A stretch of 64,000 nt of DNA, taken from Podarcis pityusensis. Taxonomy: Eukaryota. The position numbers and the translations under genes are program-made. The notes under the pieces were generated by a model that was not told the DNA's origin, searched no databases, and saw only the letters and a program-made list of their open reading frames with translations. The stretch lies in the NCBI GenBank assembly GCA_964106645.2, contig OZ067043.1; one strand, given 5' to 3'. Positions 60,059 to 64,000 of this stretch are shown here, piece by piece. The first letter of the stretch is position 1. The number at the start of each line of letters is the position of its first letter.

Positions 60059-60170
60059 CAGTGCCAGAACTCAACATGAACACTTTCCTTATTCTGTTAT
60101 ATGGCAATGGTGCCCACCTGAGAGGTGCTGGAACTGAGTTCCAGTGAGTTCCATCTGAAAAAAAGCCCTG
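60059..60170. mobile_element. hAT MITE inserted in the L2 RT motif
   Basis: Same family as 34224-37010. Ends CAGTG / GCCCTG with a degenerate 8-bp TSD GCTATATT / GCTCTACT. Confidence 0.7.
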
Positions 60171-61689
60171 GCTCTACTTTTCCTTTACATCTGCAGGTGT
60201 GGCAGTAGATGTGCTGAACTATTGTCTTGTCTTGGTAATGGACTGGATAAGAGCCAACAAACTGAAGCTCAATTCAGATAAGACTGAGGGATTGTCAGTG
60301 GGTGGTTCTGTAGAGCAGATGGATGGGATGTTGCCTGCTCTGGATGGGGTTACACTTGTAGTTTGGGGGTACTTCTGAATCCGTTGCTGTCACTTGAGGC
60401 TCAGGTGGCCTTGGTAGCATGGAGTGCCTTCCGTCAGCTTCAGGTGGTGGCACAGCTGTGCCCCCATCTGGGCTGGGAAAGCCTAACTTCTGTCATCTAT
60501 GCTGTGGTAATCTCTAGGTTAGATTACTGCAATGCATTATACATAGGGCTGCCTCTGAAGATGATTAGGAAATTTTAGCTGGTGCAGAATTTGGCAGCTA
60601 GGTTGCTCACTGAGGTAGGATGGTTTGATCCTGACCCAACTGCACTGGTTGCCAATTAGTTTCTGGTCCCAATGCAAAGTACTGGTTTTGACCTATAACG
60701 TTTTAAACAGCTCAGGACTGCAGTACCTTAAGGACCGCATCTCCCCATAGGAACCAACCTGGACCCTATGATCATCATCTGAGGCACTTCTTCTTCCACA
60801 GTAGATCTGGAGGGTGGCAACACAAGAATGGGCCTTTTCTGTGGTGGCTGCCCATGTGGAATGTTCTCTCCAGGGAGGCTCGCCTGGCACCTTCATTATA
60901 TGTCTTTAAGCGTCAGTTGAAAATGTTTCTCTATAATCAGGCCTTTGGCTAATTAACACTCTATTGCCTTTTAATGTGTTTGTGGGAGTGGGGTTATTGG
61001 CTTGTTTTTGTTTTATTTTGTATTTTGTGTTCTCATTTTGTATTTGTATGTTGTGAACTGCCCTGGAAACTTGAAAGGTAGTATACAAATTTAATAAAGA
61101 ATAATAATAATTACTGCAGCTGCCACTTCTGCTACTCTTCTGGTTTGGCAGCTGGGGGAGCCAGTTTTCATCAAAAGTAGATCATTTCCGCATCCCTCAC
61201 ACAATGTGTAAATAAGTCCTGATGGCAATAAAGGACACTGGTCCTGTAATTGTGCTTGCCGATGGATACTTCTGCTGATTTATGGCTATACCTATGCTAG
61301 TTTTGACCAAACTCAGGCTGAAACAAATTGCCCATTCTCAGAGTCTTATGGTCTCATGATAGACAAGTCATTGATGCCCAAAGAAAATACAGCAGCTGTC
61401 CTTGGAGAAAATCCTCCTATTAGCTACGCATATCATTTTTGCTGGAGGAAAGCCCTGAGGGAAAGGATAGCTGTTACTTTGTGCAAGTCTATTTGTCCTT
61501 GAACATGTAGCATATAATAATATTGTTTTACAGGGCGCAGTTAGATGAGATGGCAAGAGATTTGTGATTGGATCTCCCACTGTTTTTTAAAAGAAAAAAT
61601 GCAACTGCAGGTGGGCCTGATTCATATTAGGAGTTACGTAGCTGGGAGACGAGACTTTAAGCCTTTCTCCTTCAGCCAAGGTGAATCAT

Positions 61690-61880
61690 CTGGATTGGAT
61701 TATTGCAGTGTACTCTACATGAGACTCCATTTGAAGAGTCTTCAGAAATTGCAATTGGTCCAGAATGAAGCAGAGAGAATAAAGGTGGGTGCTTGCTTAT
61801 GGGAGGCCTGCAGGTGGTGCTTCCAAGCACAATCCAAAGTGTTGATGATTATATTTAAAGCCCTAAATGGCTTAGGTTCA
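61690..61880 (+). mobile_element. old L2 ORF2 fragment
   Basis: LDYCSVLYMRLHLKSLQKLQLVQN..KVLMIIFKALNGLG is typical of the L2 ORF2 C-terminal region. Confidence 0.7.
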
Positions 61881-64000
61881 GGATACTTATGCAAGCACAC
61901 GATTAAAGGTGGCCAACCTTTAATACAGCTGATATAAATGAGGCCAGAGATTCTGGCGGTGCGCATGCTGCTTTGCCTGTTGACCTCTGATTTGCTGTCA
62001 GATGTGTTCAATCTTTACACAGTTCTGGAATCAATGGTGACTGCCCCATGGCCCTAGCCACATCTTGGTCAATCTCTTTGGCATGCTGTTCTTCTTCCAC
62101 TCAACAATTGCTCCTTTGCCCTCCTCTGCCAGGTGCTGCCACAGTTCTTTGCTTCTTGGGTGGTGGGGTTCTTATAGAGCTGTTTTTAGTGCCAAAAGCC
62201 CTGTGTGTAGTTGTCTAGTCTTGAAGACAGGTTTCAGAAGGACGGTCTGGGGTTTAACAGTCATGTTTGGTCAACTGTGTCAGTGTCAGTGTTTGCACAC
62301 ATCTGCTTCCTCAGATCCCAACATCCCTTTTTGTCTTGTTTCTATTTGCCTAGCATCTCAAAGGTCACACTGAACCCCTTAGCCTTGTTTTCAGCCTCTG
62401 ATAAGTAACATCAAGAATACACATACATACATACACACACACATACATCCTTAGCAACTGCAGAAGACGTGCTCATGGACCTTCTGCTGTCAAATATAGT
62501 TTGGCCCACAGAATCTACTCTGAAATGGTGTAGGATGCTCAGCAAAGGGTATGATTCCATTTGTTCAATAGCTGAAGCATGGTAGCACTAAACAGCATGG
62601 AGGTGCCAACTTCGTTCTGCTAGAAATAAGTCTCAGGTAGATTATTTTTGGTGTCTGAAAAGGGCAGCAAAGCAGTAATTATTTGATTTATCATAATTGT
62701 ATTTTTAGTGTCCAATGAGCGGAGCTTGTGGAATTTTCTGCCTTAGATGCCAAAATAACTTGATAGCCCTTGGGTACTATACACCTTGATGTGAGGTGGG
62801 GATATGTGCCCACTAAGGCACTGAAGGGTCTTGGACCAACTCAGGTATGGTGAGCTTGCAACCATATGAAATACACACATCCTGGGTAGTGTCATCTAAT
62901 ACATCAACCCTGCTGTTTCAGGCGCTTGGCTCTGAATATTTGTTCTAGATTAATTTTAAGATAATCCAGAATTCTTGGCAGAGAGAGTGTATCCTCTTGC
63001 ACAACAGACTGTTCTTTTAATAAGGCTGGTGGGTATAAATAAACAACTTACTGAAACACTGGGAAATAATTGATTTATTGTTCTTGTTCTAACCTTTTGA
63101 CCTGAAGAGAGAACAGGGTGGTATGGAGGGACAGAATTAAAATTCCCCTCAAAACTACTGCCCATATTCAAACTAAAATGCATTCAACTGTTTTCTCTTC
63201 TCTACTGCTATATTAAATGAAATAATAAATATCCAAGGCCTTTGGTTATAGCCTTTTAAACTGTGTTTGGGTGGTGGGGTTATTCTTTTTGCTTGTTATT
63301 ATGGTATATATTTTTATATCTTTGGATGAAGGGCAGTATAGAAATTTAATGAATAGAACAAAAATATTAATAAAATAATTACTGAGGAATTTATAAAAGC
63401 AATGTATAGTACAGGAAGTCTTGAAATATATCAGAATCGCCATTCACTAGTTGGAACATGGAATTGTCATATTTTAAAAGGAACAAAAATGCAGCTTTTG
63501 CAAAATACAAGGAGGAGAAGGAAGGATATTTTAAACTTATTTTCTTGCTGCCTGTGTTCCAAGATCTGGGGGTCCCTGCCTCTGAGACAAACCTGTCCTC
63601 ATGTTGAGAGAAAAGGTAGTTCAAAAAGGCTTACTTAAGGAAGAAAACAGCATTTGTCTCCATCAAACATGCCAAGTTTGAATGGCCTCTGCTAGCAGTG
63701 TATGTAATTAGTTTCACTATTAATAAATTGCCTAAAAGAAAAACAAGGCAGCCCTTTTTTATCTAAGATGTTGACAGATTATGGCAAAGTCCTGGCCTTG
63801 TCATCTCTCAGCTGCCTTGACTACTACTTGTCTCTCATCTTCCCTTGATCCACTTGGCTGGCGGAATTATTCAGCTCTCTCATCACTTGGACAGTATGAC
63901 ATGGACACTTCTCCTTCCATCTCTACATTGGGTTCCTGTCTCCTTACAGATACTGCACAAGTTGCTTGTCCTTAACTTCATAACCCCCCATAGCTTTGCC

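Larger units (their letters stand above)
58100..61110 (+). mobile_element. decayed L2-clade LINE (ORF2 pseudogene) with nested L1 and hAT insertions
   Basis: Fragments KKPSLD..LANYWPVASLPFLDKIIE, ETALV, LSAAFDTIDH, QYADYTQL, RLDYCNALYIGLP and AFSVVA, with many stops and frameshifts. (TAA)n tail. The 5' boundary is approximate. Confidence 0.9.

Noticed and set aside
1-64000. Most remaining short ORFs (60-160 aa) in the ORF track
   Set aside because: Random-looking composition, many non-ATG starts, overlap with repeats and no consistent exon chain.

Overview
Repeat-rich, apparently non-coding (intergenic or intronic) DNA from a squamate reptile, most likely a lacertid lizard, judging by the Sauria-SINE subfamily and the CR1, L2, L1, BovB, Penelope-like, hAT and Tc1/pogo repeats. 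No host protein-coding exon could be supported. The dominant feature is a young, intact 5,491-bp Ty3/Gypsy chromovirus of the Tf1/sushi type on the minus strand (38438-43928). It has 408-bp LTRs differing at one base, a GAAGG target-site duplication (TSD), and open gag and pol ORFs. Its architecture is unusual in four ways. (1) pol reads through the polypurine tract and 100 codons into the 3' LTR; a diverged solo LTR at 17815-18249 keeps the same frame and C-terminal peptide with mostly synonymous changes, so the LTR appears to be under protein-level selection. (2) The integrase chromodomain has lost two of its three methyl-lysine cage residues and is followed by two acidic F-x-G-F-type motifs resembling the LEDGF/TFIIS-N-domain interacting motifs (TIM/IBM) of IWS1, POGZ and CDCA7L, suggesting host-factor tethering. 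(3) There is no tRNA primer-binding site, but there is an 11-nt self-priming duplex. (4) A -1 frameshift pseudoknot sits behind a non-canonical slippery site. Also present are a three-level nested insertion containing a 2.1-kb non-autonomous L1, Penelope-like fragments with a minimal hammerhead ribozyme, and several candidate conserved enhancers (low confidence). All assignments come from reading the sequence by eye and from recalled consensus motifs; no searches were run.
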